DNA of 64,000 nucleotides from Pseudomonadota bacterium. Its GTDB lineage: Bacteria > Pseudomonadota > Gammaproteobacteria > Steroidobacterales > GCA-2729495. Position 1 is the stretch's first letter; each line of letters starts with the position of its first letter. The notes below the pieces were generated by a model. That model was not told the origin of the DNA. It did not search any database and was given only the letters and a program-made list of their open reading frames with translations. The stretch covers positions 679-64,678 of the forward strand of contig CAUJIY010000042.1 in NCBI GenBank assembly GCA_963205295.1. Direction: 5' to 3'. This document shows positions 1 to 9,623 of this stretch, one piece after another. The position numbers and the translations under genes were made by a program.

Positions 1-165
1 GGTGCGGTACCAGGCCTCGCAGCCCGCCGCGCGCATGGCCGGGCCGGCGATGCCGGCAAAGTCGACGGCAGGATCGAGCGTGCGCGCCGCGCGGATCAGG
101 TCGGCGCCGAGCAGGTCACCCGAGGGTTCGCCGGCAGCGATGGCGATCAGCGCGCGGGAAGCCAT
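1..165 (-). CDS. lpxB: lipid-A-disaccharide synthase, N-terminal 55 codons (gene continues past window start)
   Basis: Minus-strand translation from ATG at 165 gives [55 protein letters not shown], which fits the conserved LpxB N-terminus (AGExSGD ... GIGGPxM). It lies directly downstream of lpxA as in the canonical cluster. Confidence 0.75.
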   Translation of the reverse strand, partial: MASRALIAIAAGEPSGDLLGADLIRAARTLDPAVDFAGIAGPAMRAAGCEAWYRT

Positions 166-179
166 CGGCGGCACGCGTG

Positions 180-950
180 TCAGCGCACGATGCTGCGCTC
201 GGAGCGGTCGAGGAAGGCGACGATGGTGGCGACCTCGGGCTGGGTCGCGGCGAGCTCACCGAGCTGCTCACGCGCCTCCTCCAGGCGCAGCCCGGAGCGG
301 TAGAGGATGCGGTAGGCTTCCTTGAGGTTACGCAGCTGCTCGGTGGTAAAGCCGCGCCGCTTGAGGCCTTCCTGGTTGATGCCGCGCGGCTCGGGCGGGA
401 TCCCGGCGACCATCAGGAACGGCAGCACGTCGCGGGTGATGCCGCAGAGGCCGCCGATGAAGCTGTGGGCGCCGATGCGGCAGAACTGGTGCACGGCGCA
501 GAAGCCGCTGAGGATGGCGTGGTCCTCGACGTGCACGTGGCCGGCGAGCGTGGCGTTGTTCGACATGATGACGTCGTTGCCGACGCAGCAGTCGTGCGCA
601 ATGTGGGTATAGGACATCAGCCAGTTGCCGTTGCCGACACGGGTCACGCCGCCGTCCTGCACCGTGCCGCGGTTGATGCTGCAATACTCGCGGATGGTGT
701 TGTCGTTGCCGATCTCGAGCCGGGTCGGCTCGCCGCCGTACTTCTTGTCCTGGGGGTCGTCGCCGATCGAGGCGAACTGGAAGACGCGGTTGCGTTCGCC
801 GAGCGTGGTCGGGCCACGGACGACGACATGGGCGGCGATGCGCGTCCCGGCGCCGATCTGCACCCCGGGGCCGATCACCGCGTAGGGCCCGATCTCGACG
901 TCGGCGGCCAGTTCGGCCTGCGGAGAAACCACGGCAGTCGGGTGGATCAC
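180..950 (-). CDS. lpxA: acyl-ACP--UDP-N-acetylglucosamine O-acyltransferase
   Basis: 256-aa ORF with hexapeptide-repeat left-handed beta-helix sequence ([33 protein letters not shown]...) and a helical C-terminal domain. It sits between lpxD and lpxB. Confidence 0.95.
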   Translation of the reverse strand: MIHPTAVVSPQAELAADVEIGPYAVIGPGVQIGAGTRIAAHVVVRGPTTLGERNRVFQFASIGDDPQDKKYGGEPTRLEIGNDNTIREYCSINRGTVQDGGVTRVGNGNWLMSYTHIAHDCCVGNDVIMSNNATLAGHVHVEDHAILSGFCAVHQFCRIGAHSFIGGLCGITRDVLPFLMVAGIPPEPRGINQEGLKRRGFTTEQLRNLKEAYRILYRSGLRLEEAREQLGELAATQPEVATIVAFLDRSERSIVR

Positions 951-2014
951 GGTTCGCTCCCGTCGGTGTCGCGCGCCACCTGCTCCAGCCGCTGCAACCG
1001 GCGCGCCATGTCGTCGAGCTGCCCGAAGCGCACGGCATTGCGGCGCCAGCGGCGCACCTCGTCGGCCGGCACCACGCCGCCGTAGATGCCGGCCTGGCGG
1101 ATCGATCTGGCCACGCGGGCCCCGCCACCGATCACGGTGTCGTCGGCGATGGTGATGTGGCCGGCGACGGCAACGTCGGCGCCGATGATGCAGCGTGTGC
1201 CGACATGGGTGCTGCCGGCGACGCCGGAACAGGCCGCCATGACGGTGTGCGCTCCGATGACGACGTTGTGGCCGATCTGGATCTGGTTGTCGAGCTTGAC
1301 GCCGTCGCCGATGACGGTGTCCTCGATGGCACCGCGGTCGATGGTGGTATTGGCGCCGATCTCGACGTCGTCGCCGATCACCACGCCGCCGAGCTGGGGG
1401 ACCTTGGTCCAGCGCCCGTCACTGTCGCGCGCGATGCCGAAGCCGTCGGCCCCGAGCACGGCACCGGAGTGGACCAGACAGCGCCGGCCGATGCGCACGC
1501 CGTCGTAGGCGGCCACGCGGGCCATGAGGCGGGAGTCGTCGCCGACCTGGCAACGTGCGCCGAGCACGACGCCGGCGCCGATGTGGACGCGCTCCCCGAG
1601 CACCACGCCGGCGCCGAGCACCGCGCCCGGCTCGATCTGCGAGCCTGCCCCCACCCGCGCGTCCGGCGCGACCCAGGCACCCGCCGCCACGCCCGGGCGC
1701 AGCGGCGCTGGCGGATGCAGCTCGTGCGCCATCTCCGCGTAGCTCAGGTAGGGATTGGCACTCACCAGGCAGGCCACCGGGCAGCCGGCGGCATCCGCGC
1801 TGGCGAGCACCACGGCTGTGGCGCGGGTGCCGGCGAGCTGGGAGCGGTACTGCGGGTTGGCCAGAAAGGCGAGCGCACGCGGACCGGCCGCTGCCAGGGT
1901 GGCCACGTGATCGACGACCTCGTCCGGATCGCCACGCAGCTCGCAGTTGTGGCGCACGGCGAGTGCCGCCAGGGTCATGCCCATGGCCGACACCGCCTGT
2001 CCGGGGTGCGCCAC
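947..2014 (-). CDS. lpxD: UDP-3-O-acylglucosamine N-acyltransferase
   Basis: ORF with an LpxD-type N-terminal domain followed by long hexapeptide repeats. The true start is probably the internal Met at 1984 or 1978 (MTLAALAVRHNCELRGD...). It overlaps lpxA by 4 nt. Confidence 0.92.
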   Translation of the reverse strand: MAHPGQAVSAMGMTLAALAVRHNCELRGDPDEVVDHVATLAAAGPRALAFLANPQYRSQLAGTRATAVVLASADAAGCPVACLVSANPYLSYAEMAHELHPPAPLRPGVAAGAWVAPDARVGAGSQIEPGAVLGAGVVLGERVHIGAGVVLGARCQVGDDSRLMARVAAYDGVRIGRRCLVHSGAVLGADGFGIARDSDGRWTKVPQLGGVVIGDDVEIGANTTIDRGAIEDTVIGDGVKLDNQIQIGHNVVIGAHTVMAACSGVAGSTHVGTRCIIGADVAVAGHITIADDTVIGGGARVARSIRQAGIYGGVVPADEVRRWRRNAVRFGQLDDMARRLQRLEQVARDTDGSEP

Positions 2015-2031
2015 ACGACTGCCGGTCTGCC

Positions 2032-2577
2032 TCAGGGCTTGCCGCCGCTCTTGGCCTTGAAGCTCGCCTCGACGTTGGCGAGGATCTGGGCCGTGATGTC
2101 GACACTCTGCGCGGCGTAGAGTACGCCTTCGCCGACGATGAGGTCGTAGCCCTTCTGCTGTGCGTAACCCTGCACCTCGCGGAGCAGGTCGCGCTGCAGT
2201 TCACCGATCTCCTCGTTGCGGCGCACGTTGAAATCCTCCTGGAACTCGTTCAGGCGCCGCCCGAGGTCGCGCTCGTCGTCGCGGAACTTGCTCTCCGCGT
2301 TGCGCCGCTCCTCCGCGCCCATGACCGGCGAATCCTTCTGCAGCTTCGCCTGGCGCTCCTTCAGCTCGTTCTGTTTCGCCACCAGGTCGCGCTGGCGCGG
2401 CGAAAACTCGTCCTCCAGAGCCTTCAGGGTGACCTTCGCCTGCGGCGACTCCTGGATCAGCCGGGCGAAATTGACCACGCCGATCTTCACGGCGGGGGCC
2501 GCCTGGGCACCGGCCACGGCCGGCGCCAGCAGCGCCAGGGCCGCGCAAAGCGGCACCAGGGGCAATCTCTTGATCAT
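2032..2577 (-). CDS. skp: periplasmic chaperone Skp (OmpH)
   Basis: 181 aa with a signal peptide (LLAPAVAGAQA), then a charged coiled-coil sequence typical of Skp. It lies downstream of bamA. Confidence 0.9.
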   Translation of the reverse strand: MIKRLPLVPLCAALALLAPAVAGAQAAPAVKIGVVNFARLIQESPQAKVTLKALEDEFSPRQRDLVAKQNELKERQAKLQKDSPVMGAEERRNAESKFRDDERDLGRRLNEFQEDFNVRRNEEIGELQRDLLREVQGYAQQKGYDLIVGEGVLYAAQSVDITAQILANVEASFKAKSGGKP

Positions 2578-2604
2578 CGTGACATTCCTCTTGATATCAA
2601 TGGG

Positions 2605-5022
2605 CTAGAAGGCACCGCCGATGGAGAACTGGAACTCCTCGGTGTCGTCCCCGTAGGACAGCGACGTCGGGTCGTCGGCGTTGAGCGGGAAACCATAGCT
2701 GAAGCGGAACAGGCCGAGCGGCGCGAGCCACTGGGCCGAGATTCCGACCGACTGCTTGAGGTTGCCCATGTCGAAATCATAATCGATCGGCACGGTCTGG
2801 TTCGGCGTTGGTGCAGTGAACACCACGTCACCGCTGGAGAACACGTTGCCGACGTCGAAGAACAGCGTCAGGCGCGAGCGTGCCCGCCATTTCTCGGGAA
2901 TCGGCAGGATCAGCTCGGTCTGGGCCGCCACCAGCATGTTGCCGCCGTAGGGGTTGCCGAAGCTGTCGCGCGGCCCGAGGTAGTTCTCGCGGTAGCCGCG
3001 CACCGTGTCCGGGCCGCCGGCGAAGTAGTTCTTGAACGGCACGATGGCCGTGGTGTCACCGAAGGAGTCGCCGTAGCCGAGGTCGACGTTGAAGGCCAGC
3101 GTGAACCAGCGCCCGAGCGGAACGTACTGCGCACCGCTGTAGTTGATCGTGTAGTACTCGACCTCGGCACCCGGCACGGTGCTCGACAGGATGATGCGGT
3201 GGCGCGCGCCACGGTCGGCGAACAGTGCCCGGTTGCGGCTGTCGTAGACCCAGCCGGCGACGAGATCGAAGCTGCTGAAGTTGGTGCCGTAGATCTCGGC
3301 GCCGCCGGACAGCTTTTCGGCGAAACTGTCGCCGTTCTCCTGCACCCATTCCTTGGCCTGGGCGCTGCTGTATGAATCGGCGAGCAGGTTCGACTCCTGC
3401 CAGTTCAGGCCGAGGATCACCCGCTGGTACTCGGTGATCGGGTAGCCGTACTCGACCGAGGCGGTAAAGGTCTCGGTGGAGAAATCCGAGGCGCCGGAGG
3501 TGTACTGGGTGATGTCGCGGTAGGCGAGGCTCACCGTGCGGCTCACCTCGTCGATGGTGGTGTACGGATCGGTGTGGGACAGGCTGTAGATGGTGCGGTA
3601 CTGGCCCGTGCTGACGTCGGCGGCGATGCGGTTGCCGGTACCGGCGAAATTGGTGTGGACGAAGTTGCCGTTCAGCAGGAAGCCCTGCGAGCCGGAATAG
3701 CCGATGCCGCCACCGAAGCTCCCCGGCAGGCCCTCCTCGATGTCGAAGTCGACGTCGACCAGGTCCGGCGTGCCGGGCACCGGGTTGGTGTTGACCTCCA
3801 CCTTCTCGATGTACGGCAGGCGCTGGATGCGGACCTTGGAGCGCTCGAGCCTGCTGTTCGACAGGTAGCCGCCCTCGAACTGGCGCACCTCGCGCCGGAA
3901 CACCTCGTCGTTGACGCTCGCGGCACCGTTGAAGTTGACGCGACGCACGTAGACGCGGTTCTTGGGCTCGACATACAGCGTGATCGACGCGGTCTTGGCC
4001 GCCTTGTCGAGTTCGGGCACCGGCTCGACGGTTGCAAAGGCGTACCCTTCCTCGCCGAGGCGCAGCCGGATCAGGTCGGCGCTCTGGGTGATGACACGTT
4101 GCGAGAACGTCTGGCCGGGCTTGACCAGCACGTAGGGGTTGACCTGCTGCTCGTCGAGGATCAGCTCGCCGGCGAGCCTGACGTCGGCGATCTTGTAGCG
4201 GTCGCCTTCGGCGAGGTTGACCGTGATGAAGATGTCTTTCTTGTCCGGCGACAGCGCCACCTGCGTCGACTCGATGCGGAAATCGGCAAAGCCCTGGTCC
4301 ATGTAGTAGGAACGCAGTGTCTCGAGATCGCCCTGCAGGGCCTCGCGCGAATAGCGGTCGTCCTGGCGGATGAACGACAGCCAGTTCGGCATCTTGAGCG
4401 CGAATTCCTCGAGGATCTCCTCGTCGTCGAAGCTCTGGTTGCCGACGATGTTGATCTGGCGGATGCGGGCGCGGTCGCCCTCGACGATGTCGATGGCGAT
4501 CCGCACCTTGTTGTCCGGCAGCTCCTCGACCTTGGTGACCACGCGTGCGGCGTACTTGCCCTGGCCGAAGTACTGGTCTGTCAGCGACTGCTCCACCTCG
4601 TCGAGCACCGAGCGGTTGAAGATCTTGCCGGCTTTCAGGCCGATCTTCGACAGCGACTCGTTGAGGTCCTCGGTCTTGATGTCCTTGTTGCCGCTGATGC
4701 TGAAGCTCTCGATCGAGGGACGCTCGGCCACGGCGATGACCAGCGTACCGTCGTCCCAGCGGAACTCGATGTCCTTGAAGAAGCCGGTGGCGTAGACCGC
4801 CCGCAGCGCCTCCTGCACGCGCTGCTCATCGAGCTGGTCGCCGATGTTGAGCGGCAGGTAGTTGAAGACCGTGCCCTCGGAGATGCGCTGCAGGCCCTCG
4901 ACGCGGATGTCGCGCACGGTGCGCGGCTTGTCGGCGGCCGCCGCCGTTGTGGCGATGAGCACCGCGGCAAGCAGGACAAGGACGCGCGCGCGCAGGCGGA
5001 TGAACGGTCGGGGAAGGATCAC
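2605..5022 (-). CDS. bamA: outer membrane protein assembly factor BamA
   Basis: About 800 aa with POTRA repeats (IRVEGLQRISEGTVFNYLP...) and a C-terminal Omp85 barrel ending ...FQFSIGGAF. I place the start at the GTG at 5022, 4 nt after the rseP stop; the ORF track begins at 5064. Confidence 0.94.
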   Translation of the reverse strand: MILPRPFIRLRARVLVLLAAVLIATTAAAADKPRTVRDIRVEGLQRISEGTVFNYLPLNIGDQLDEQRVQEALRAVYATGFFKDIEFRWDDGTLVIAVAERPSIESFSISGNKDIKTEDLNESLSKIGLKAGKIFNRSVLDEVEQSLTDQYFGQGKYAARVVTKVEELPDNKVRIAIDIVEGDRARIRQINIVGNQSFDDEEILEEFALKMPNWLSFIRQDDRYSREALQGDLETLRSYYMDQGFADFRIESTQVALSPDKKDIFITVNLAEGDRYKIADVRLAGELILDEQQVNPYVLVKPGQTFSQRVITQSADLIRLRLGEEGYAFATVEPVPELDKAAKTASITLYVEPKNRVYVRRVNFNGAASVNDEVFRREVRQFEGGYLSNSRLERSKVRIQRLPYIEKVEVNTNPVPGTPDLVDVDFDIEEGLPGSFGGGIGYSGSQGFLLNGNFVHTNFAGTGNRIAADVSTGQYRTIYSLSHTDPYTTIDEVSRTVSLAYRDITQYTSGASDFSTETFTASVEYGYPITEYQRVILGLNWQESNLLADSYSSAQAKEWVQENGDSFAEKLSGGAEIYGTNFSSFDLVAGWVYDSRNRALFADRGARHRIILSSTVPGAEVEYYTINYSGAQYVPLGRWFTLAFNVDLGYGDSFGDTTAIVPFKNYFAGGPDTVRGYRENYLGPRDSFGNPYGGNMLVAAQTELILPIPEKWRARSRLTLFFDVGNVFSSGDVVFTAPTPNQTVPIDYDFDMGNLKQSVGISAQWLAPLGLFRFSYGFPLNADDPTSLSYGDDTEEFQFSIGGAF

Positions 5023-5026
5023 GGTG

Positions 5027-6391
5027 TCAGCCGAACAGACGCGAGAGGTCGTTGTAGAACGCAAAGCTCATCAGCACCAGCAGCAGCGCGATGCCGACCT
5101 GCTGGCCGACGACCTGGAAACGCTCGGAGAGCGGCGAGCCCTTGGCCGCCTCGAGCAGCTGGTAGGCGATCTGCCCGCCGTCGAGCATCGGCACCGGCAG
5201 CAGGTTGAGGATGCCGAGGCTCAGGCTGACCACGGCAAGGAAGCTCAGGAACGGCACCACACCGATGCTGGCGCTGTAGCCGGCATACTGCGCGATGTTG
5301 ATCGGCCCGCTGATGTTCTTGACCGAGACTTCGCCCGTGACCATGCGCGCCACCATGCGCACCGTCAGGCTCGACATCTCCCAGGTCCGCGCCAGGGCCT
5401 GGCGCAGCGCCGGCAGCGGCGCATAGCGCTCGAGGGCGCGCACGTCGTCGTAGAGGTTCGCCGGGATCTCGGCCGAGGCACCGATGCGGCCGATCTCGCC
5501 GCTCTCGTCCACGGCCTGCCCGATGGCGACGGTGAGTTCGAGTTCACGCCCGGCCCGCTCGACCGTGACCGCCACCGTCTGCCCGGGGCGCGCCCGCACG
5601 AACCCGACCCACGACGGCCAGTCGGCGATCGGCTCCCCGCCGGCAGCGACGATCCGGTCGTGCGGCGCGAGGCCGGCGCGCTCGGCCGCCCCTCCCGGCA
5701 GCACCTCACCGATCACCGCCGGCAGCACCGGCGCCCAGGGCTCCAGCCCGAGCCCCGGGAACAGGCGTCCGGGTTCGGTCAGCTCGGATGCATGTCCGGT
5801 GGTGTCGAGCGTCAGCACCCGCCCGGCACCCCTGCCATCGCGCACCTCAATCTCGATCCTGCCCGTCTCGAGCATCCCGTCGAGCAGCGCGACCACCGCC
5901 CCGTCCCAGGTCGCCGTCGACCGCCCGCCGACCGCCACGATCTCGTCGCCGGCAGCCAGGCCGGCGTGCGCCGCGATCGAATCGGGAGTGACTTCGCCGA
6001 CGAGGGGGCGCGCGCCCGGCACGCCGAGCATGAACATGACCCAGTAGGCGACGATGGCGAAGACGAAATTCAGCGCCGGACCGGCGGCGAGGATGGCGAT
6101 CCGCGCCGGTACCCCCTGGCGGTTGAAGGCACGGTGCTGCTCACCGGCGGCGACCGGGGAATCGCGCTCGTCGAGGAGCCGGACATAGCCACCGAAGGGG
6201 ATGGCGGAAATGCAGTACTCGGTGCGGTCCGGGCCGGCGCGGCGCAGCCACAGCGGACGGCCGAAGCCGATCGAGAAGCGCAGCACGCGCACGCCGACCA
6301 GCCGTGCCGCGGCGTAGTGGCCGAACTCGTGGACGGCCACGAGTATGCCGATCGCCACCAGGAAAGCGGCTGCGGAAACCAGGACGTTCAT
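5027..6391 (-). CDS. rseP: RIP zinc metalloprotease RseP
   Basis: 454 aa with an HEFGHY zinc motif near the N-terminus, PDZ-like middle region and multiple TM segments. Position is upstream of bamA. Confidence 0.93.
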   Translation of the reverse strand: MNVLVSAAAFLVAIGILVAVHEFGHYAAARLVGVRVLRFSIGFGRPLWLRRAGPDRTEYCISAIPFGGYVRLLDERDSPVAAGEQHRAFNRQGVPARIAILAAGPALNFVFAIVAYWVMFMLGVPGARPLVGEVTPDSIAAHAGLAAGDEIVAVGGRSTATWDGAVVALLDGMLETGRIEIEVRDGRGAGRVLTLDTTGHASELTEPGRLFPGLGLEPWAPVLPAVIGEVLPGGAAERAGLAPHDRIVAAGGEPIADWPSWVGFVRARPGQTVAVTVERAGRELELTVAIGQAVDESGEIGRIGASAEIPANLYDDVRALERYAPLPALRQALARTWEMSSLTVRMVARMVTGEVSVKNISGPINIAQYAGYSASIGVVPFLSFLAVVSLSLGILNLLPVPMLDGGQIAYQLLEAAKGSPLSERFQVVGQQVGIALLLVLMSFAFYNDLSRLFG

Positions 6392-6515
6392 AGCCGTGTG
6401 CGCACACCCGTGACCGTGGGACCACGAGCCGGCGCAGCGCTCGACGCCGGCGCGCGGCGGGCTCGCGGCACGACATCATGGCAAGGCCGGCGCGCGGCTT
6501 GCAACCCGGATCCGC

Positions 6516-7334
6516 TCACGGGCCGAGCCAGCCGAGCCAGCCGCCGGCGAGCAGGTAGAGCGGTGCCGCAGCCGTGATGCTGTCCACCCGGTCGAGGACC
6601 CCGCCGTGCCCCGGAAAGATGTTGCCGCTGTCCTTCAGCCCCGCATTTCTCTTGAATACGCTCACGGCGAGGTCGCCCACGATCGACACCGCGGCGACGC
6701 TGAGCCCGAGCGGCACCGCAGCGAACACGGGCTGGCCGAGTTGGGCCGCACCGGCCATCACCGCCACGGTGGCCAGCGCGAGCCCGCCGAACACGCCTTC
6801 CCAGGTCTTGCCGGGGCTCACCCGGGGGGCGAGCTTGACGCGACCGAAGCGCCGGCCGGCGAAATAGGCGCCGACGTCCGCCGCCCAGACGATCGCGAGC
6901 AGGACCAGCAGCAGGCGGCGACCGGCGACCGGCGTATCGAGCAGCGCCACGAGGCAGGCCCAGGCCGGCACCATCACCAGCAGGCCGGCGAGCCAGACCG
7001 CCGCCCGGCCGATCGCCACGGGGAAGCGCAGGATCAGCACGAAGGCTGCTGCCCACCAGAGCATCGCGACACCCGCCAGGGCCGGCACCGCTGCCGTGTA
7101 CGACGCTGAGGCGTACGCCAGGCCGAGCAATGCCGCCACGGTTGCCACGTAGCCGAGGCGCGCGAGCGGCGCACGCCAGCCGATGAAGGCCGCCCACTCC
7201 CAGGCCGCGCCGAGCACGAACAGGCTGATCAGAATGCGGCCGAAGAATTTCGGCAGCAGCAGGAACGCCGGCAGGAGCACGCCGATCAGGACGACAGCCG
7301 TGAGGATCCGCTGCACCAGTGAATTCGAGGCCAT
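6516..7334 (-). CDS. cdsA: phosphatidate cytidylyltransferase
   Basis: 272-aa polytopic membrane protein with a CdsA C-terminal signature (SVFKRNAGLKDSGNIFPGHGGVLDRVDS). Confidence 0.9.
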   Translation of the reverse strand: MASNSLVQRILTAVVLIGVLLPAFLLLPKFFGRILISLFVLGAAWEWAAFIGWRAPLARLGYVATVAALLGLAYASASYTAAVPALAGVAMLWWAAAFVLILRFPVAIGRAAVWLAGLLVMVPAWACLVALLDTPVAGRRLLLVLLAIVWAADVGAYFAGRRFGRVKLAPRVSPGKTWEGVFGGLALATVAVMAGAAQLGQPVFAAVPLGLSVAAVSIVGDLAVSVFKRNAGLKDSGNIFPGHGGVLDRVDSITAAAPLYLLAGGWLGWLGP

Positions 7335-7376
7335 GGCCCGAGAGGCAACCGCGCCGGAGTCAGGAACGGCCGCGGA

Positions 7377-8135
7377 TCAGTCCGCGACCGCTTCCACCTG
7401 TGCGCCCGTGCGCCCGAAACGCCGCTGCCGGCCCTGGAAGAACGCAAGCGCGGCCGCGAACTCATCGGCACCGAAATCCGGCCATAGGGCATCGGTGAAG
7501 TACAGCTCCGAGTAGGCGAGATCCCAGAGCAGGAAATTGCTGATGCGCCGCTCACCGCCGGTGCGGATCAGCAGGTCGGGGGCCGGCAGACCGGCCAGTG
7601 CCAGGTGGCGCCCGAGGGCCGCCTCGTCGATGTCATCCGGGCTGATTTCGCCGGCACGCGCCTTCGCGGCCAGCCGCCGTGCGGCCTGCACCAGGTCCCA
7701 GCGCCCACCGTAGGCGACGGCCAGCACCAGGGTCATGCGCGCGTTGGCCGAGGTGCGCGCCTCCGCCGCAGCGATGCGCCGGCGCAGGATCTCGGGCAGG
7801 TGTTCGCGTGCCCCGATCAGCCGCAGCTGGATGCCGTTGGCGTGCAGGTCATCGAGTTCACGCTGCAGCACCTCGACAAACAGGCGCATCAGGCCGTTGA
7901 CCTCGTCGGCCGGCCGCTGCCAGTTCTCGCTGCTGAACGCAAACAGCGTCAGCACGTCGATGCCGGCCGCCAGGCCCGCCCGCGCCGCCGCCCGCGCCGT
8001 GCGCACCCCGGCGCGATGCCCGGCGAGCCGGGCCTTGCCGTGGGCAGCCGCCCAGCGGCCATTGCCATCCATGATGATGGCGACGTGGCGCGGCACCGGC
8101 TGCGACTGCGGGCTGGCTGTGGATGGCGGCGACAT
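7377..8135 (-). CDS. uppS: di-trans,poly-cis-undecaprenyl-diphosphate synthase
   Basis: 252 aa with HVAIIMDGNGRWA and FSSENWQRP motifs. Confidence 0.95.
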   Translation of the reverse strand: MSPPSTASPQSQPVPRHVAIIMDGNGRWAAAHGKARLAGHRAGVRTARAAARAGLAAGIDVLTLFAFSSENWQRPADEVNGLMRLFVEVLQRELDDLHANGIQLRLIGAREHLPEILRRRIAAAEARTSANARMTLVLAVAYGGRWDLVQAARRLAAKARAGEISPDDIDEAALGRHLALAGLPAPDLLIRTGGERRISNFLLWDLAYSELYFTDALWPDFGADEFAAALAFFQGRQRRFGRTGAQVEAVAD

Positions 8136-8163
8136 TGGCCTCAGTCACACTCGCAAGAAATCA

Positions 8164-8721
8164 CTATACATGCATGATTTCTTTCTGTTTTTCTTCGGAC
8201 GCCCTGTCGATAAGGCCCACGTGCCGATCGGTGAGTTCCTGCACGGACTGTTCGGCCTTGCGCGACTCGTCCTCCGTGATCTCGCGCTCCTTGAGCAGTT
8301 CCTTGAGGTCGTTCATGACGTCACGGCGGATGTTGCGCACAGCGACGCGCGCCTGCTCGGCCTCGCGGCTGATGTGTTTGGCAAGGTCGCGCCGCCGCTC
8401 CTCGGTGAGTGGCGGCAGGGGCACGCGGATCACGGTACCGGCGGTGACCGGCATCAGGCCGAGGTCGGAGTTCATGATCGCCTTCTCGATCACCGCGACC
8501 ATCTTCTGCTCCCAGGGCGTGACGCTGAGCGTACGCGCATCCTCGACCGAGACGTTGGCAGTCTGGTTGAGCGGCACCATCGAACCGTAGTAGTCGACGC
8601 GAATGTGCTCGAGCAGGCCGGCATGGGCGCGTCCGGTGCGCATCTTGCGGAGGTCCTGCTCGAAGGTCGCCACCGCCTTGACCATCCGCTGCTCGGCGTC
8701 CTTCTTGAGATCGGCAATCAT
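8164..8721 (-). CDS. frr: ribosome recycling factor
   Basis: 185 aa, full-length Frr-like sequence (MIADLKKDAEQRMVKAV...RVPLPPLTEERRRDL...). Confidence 0.97.
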   Translation of the reverse strand: MIADLKKDAEQRMVKAVATFEQDLRKMRTGRAHAGLLEHIRVDYYGSMVPLNQTANVSVEDARTLSVTPWEQKMVAVIEKAIMNSDLGLMPVTAGTVIRVPLPPLTEERRRDLAKHISREAEQARVAVRNIRRDVMNDLKELLKEREITEDESRKAEQSVQELTDRHVGLIDRASEEKQKEIMHV

Positions 8722-8765
8722 TCGGTTCTCCCTCCGGCCGCGGCCTGGCCCGGCCCCGGGTTTCC

Positions 8766-9491
8766 TCAGGTGTCGGTCACCAGTGTACCCACCGGCTCAC
8801 CGTGCGCCACCCGGATCAGCGCACCCGGTGCATTGAGATCGAAGACGCGGATCGGCAGCCGGTTGTCGCGGCACATGACCACCGCGGTGGCGTCCATCAC
8901 ATCGAGCCTGTCGGTCAGGACCTTATCGTACGACAGCTGCTCGTAACGCGTCGCCTTGCTGTCCTTCTTCGGATCCGCAGTGTAGACACCGTCCACCTTG
9001 GTCGCCTTGATCAGGACGTCGGCGCCGATCTCGATGGCCCGCAGCGCTGCCGCGGTGTCGGTCGTGAAGAAGGGATTGCCGGTGCCGGCTGCGAGGATCA
9101 CGACCCTGCCCTTTTCCAGGTGCCGCATGGCGCGGCGGCGGATGTAGTCCTCGCAGACCTCGTGGATCTGCAGTGCCGACATCACGCGGGCATAGGCACC
9201 GGCACGTTCCAGCGCGTCCTGCAATGCCAGCGCGTTGATGAGGGTGGCGAGCATGCCCATGTGGTCGCCCGTGACCCGGTCCATGCCGGCCCGGGCGAGG
9301 CCTGCTCCGCGGAAGATGTTGCCGCCACCGATGACCACGCCGAGCTGGATGCCACCCTGAGCGAGTTCGGCGAGCTCGGTGGCGATGCGCGAGAGCATGC
9401 GCGGATCGATGCCGTAGTTCTCGCTGCCGAGCAGGGCCTCGCCGCTCAGCTTCAGCAGGATGCGGCCGAACGGCTTGACGGTGCTGCTCAT
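8766..9491 (-). CDS. pyrH: UMP kinase
   Basis: 241 aa with [11 protein letters not shown] and the amino-acid-kinase fold sequence. It sits in the tsf-pyrH-frr context. Confidence 0.97.
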   Translation of the reverse strand: MSSTVKPFGRILLKLSGEALLGSENYGIDPRMLSRIATELAELAQGGIQLGVVIGGGNIFRGAGLARAGMDRVTGDHMGMLATLINALALQDALERAGAYARVMSALQIHEVCEDYIRRRAMRHLEKGRVVILAAGTGNPFFTTDTAAALRAIEIGADVLIKATKVDGVYTADPKKDSKATRYEQLSYDKVLTDRLDVMDATAVVMCRDNRLPIRVFDLNAPGALIRVAHGEPVGTLVTDT

Positions 9492-9515
9492 GGCTGGCTC
9501 CGGGACCCCGTGGTC

Positions 9516-9540
9516 AAAAAGAACCCCGCACAGGCGGGGT
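9516..9540 (-). terminator. rho-independent terminator downstream of tsf
   Basis: The minus strand reads CCCCGC-CTGT-GCGGGG followed by TTCTTTTT, located between the tsf stop and the pyrH start. Confidence 0.65.
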
Positions 9541-9623
9541 CGTCGTACTGGCAGAGCGGCCGGTAGTGTCGGTCGCCACGGCGGCGGGCCGTGCGGCCAC
9601 CAGACCGGCCCTGGTGCAGGCGG

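Noticed and set aside
1555-3375. Very long ORFs antisense to, or out of frame with, recognised genes. Examples: 1555-3375 (+), 3574-5208 (+), 12443-15175 (-), 15362-17191 (-), 33032-35254 (+), 40602-42752 (-), 44364-46169 (+), 51907-53991 (+), 55023-56879 (+), 60503-62314 (+).
   Set aside because: Their translations are Arg/Ala/Gly/Pro-rich low-complexity strings with no recognisable motifs, and each overlaps a strongly supported conserved gene. They are classic shadow ORFs caused by scarce stop codons in high-GC DNA.
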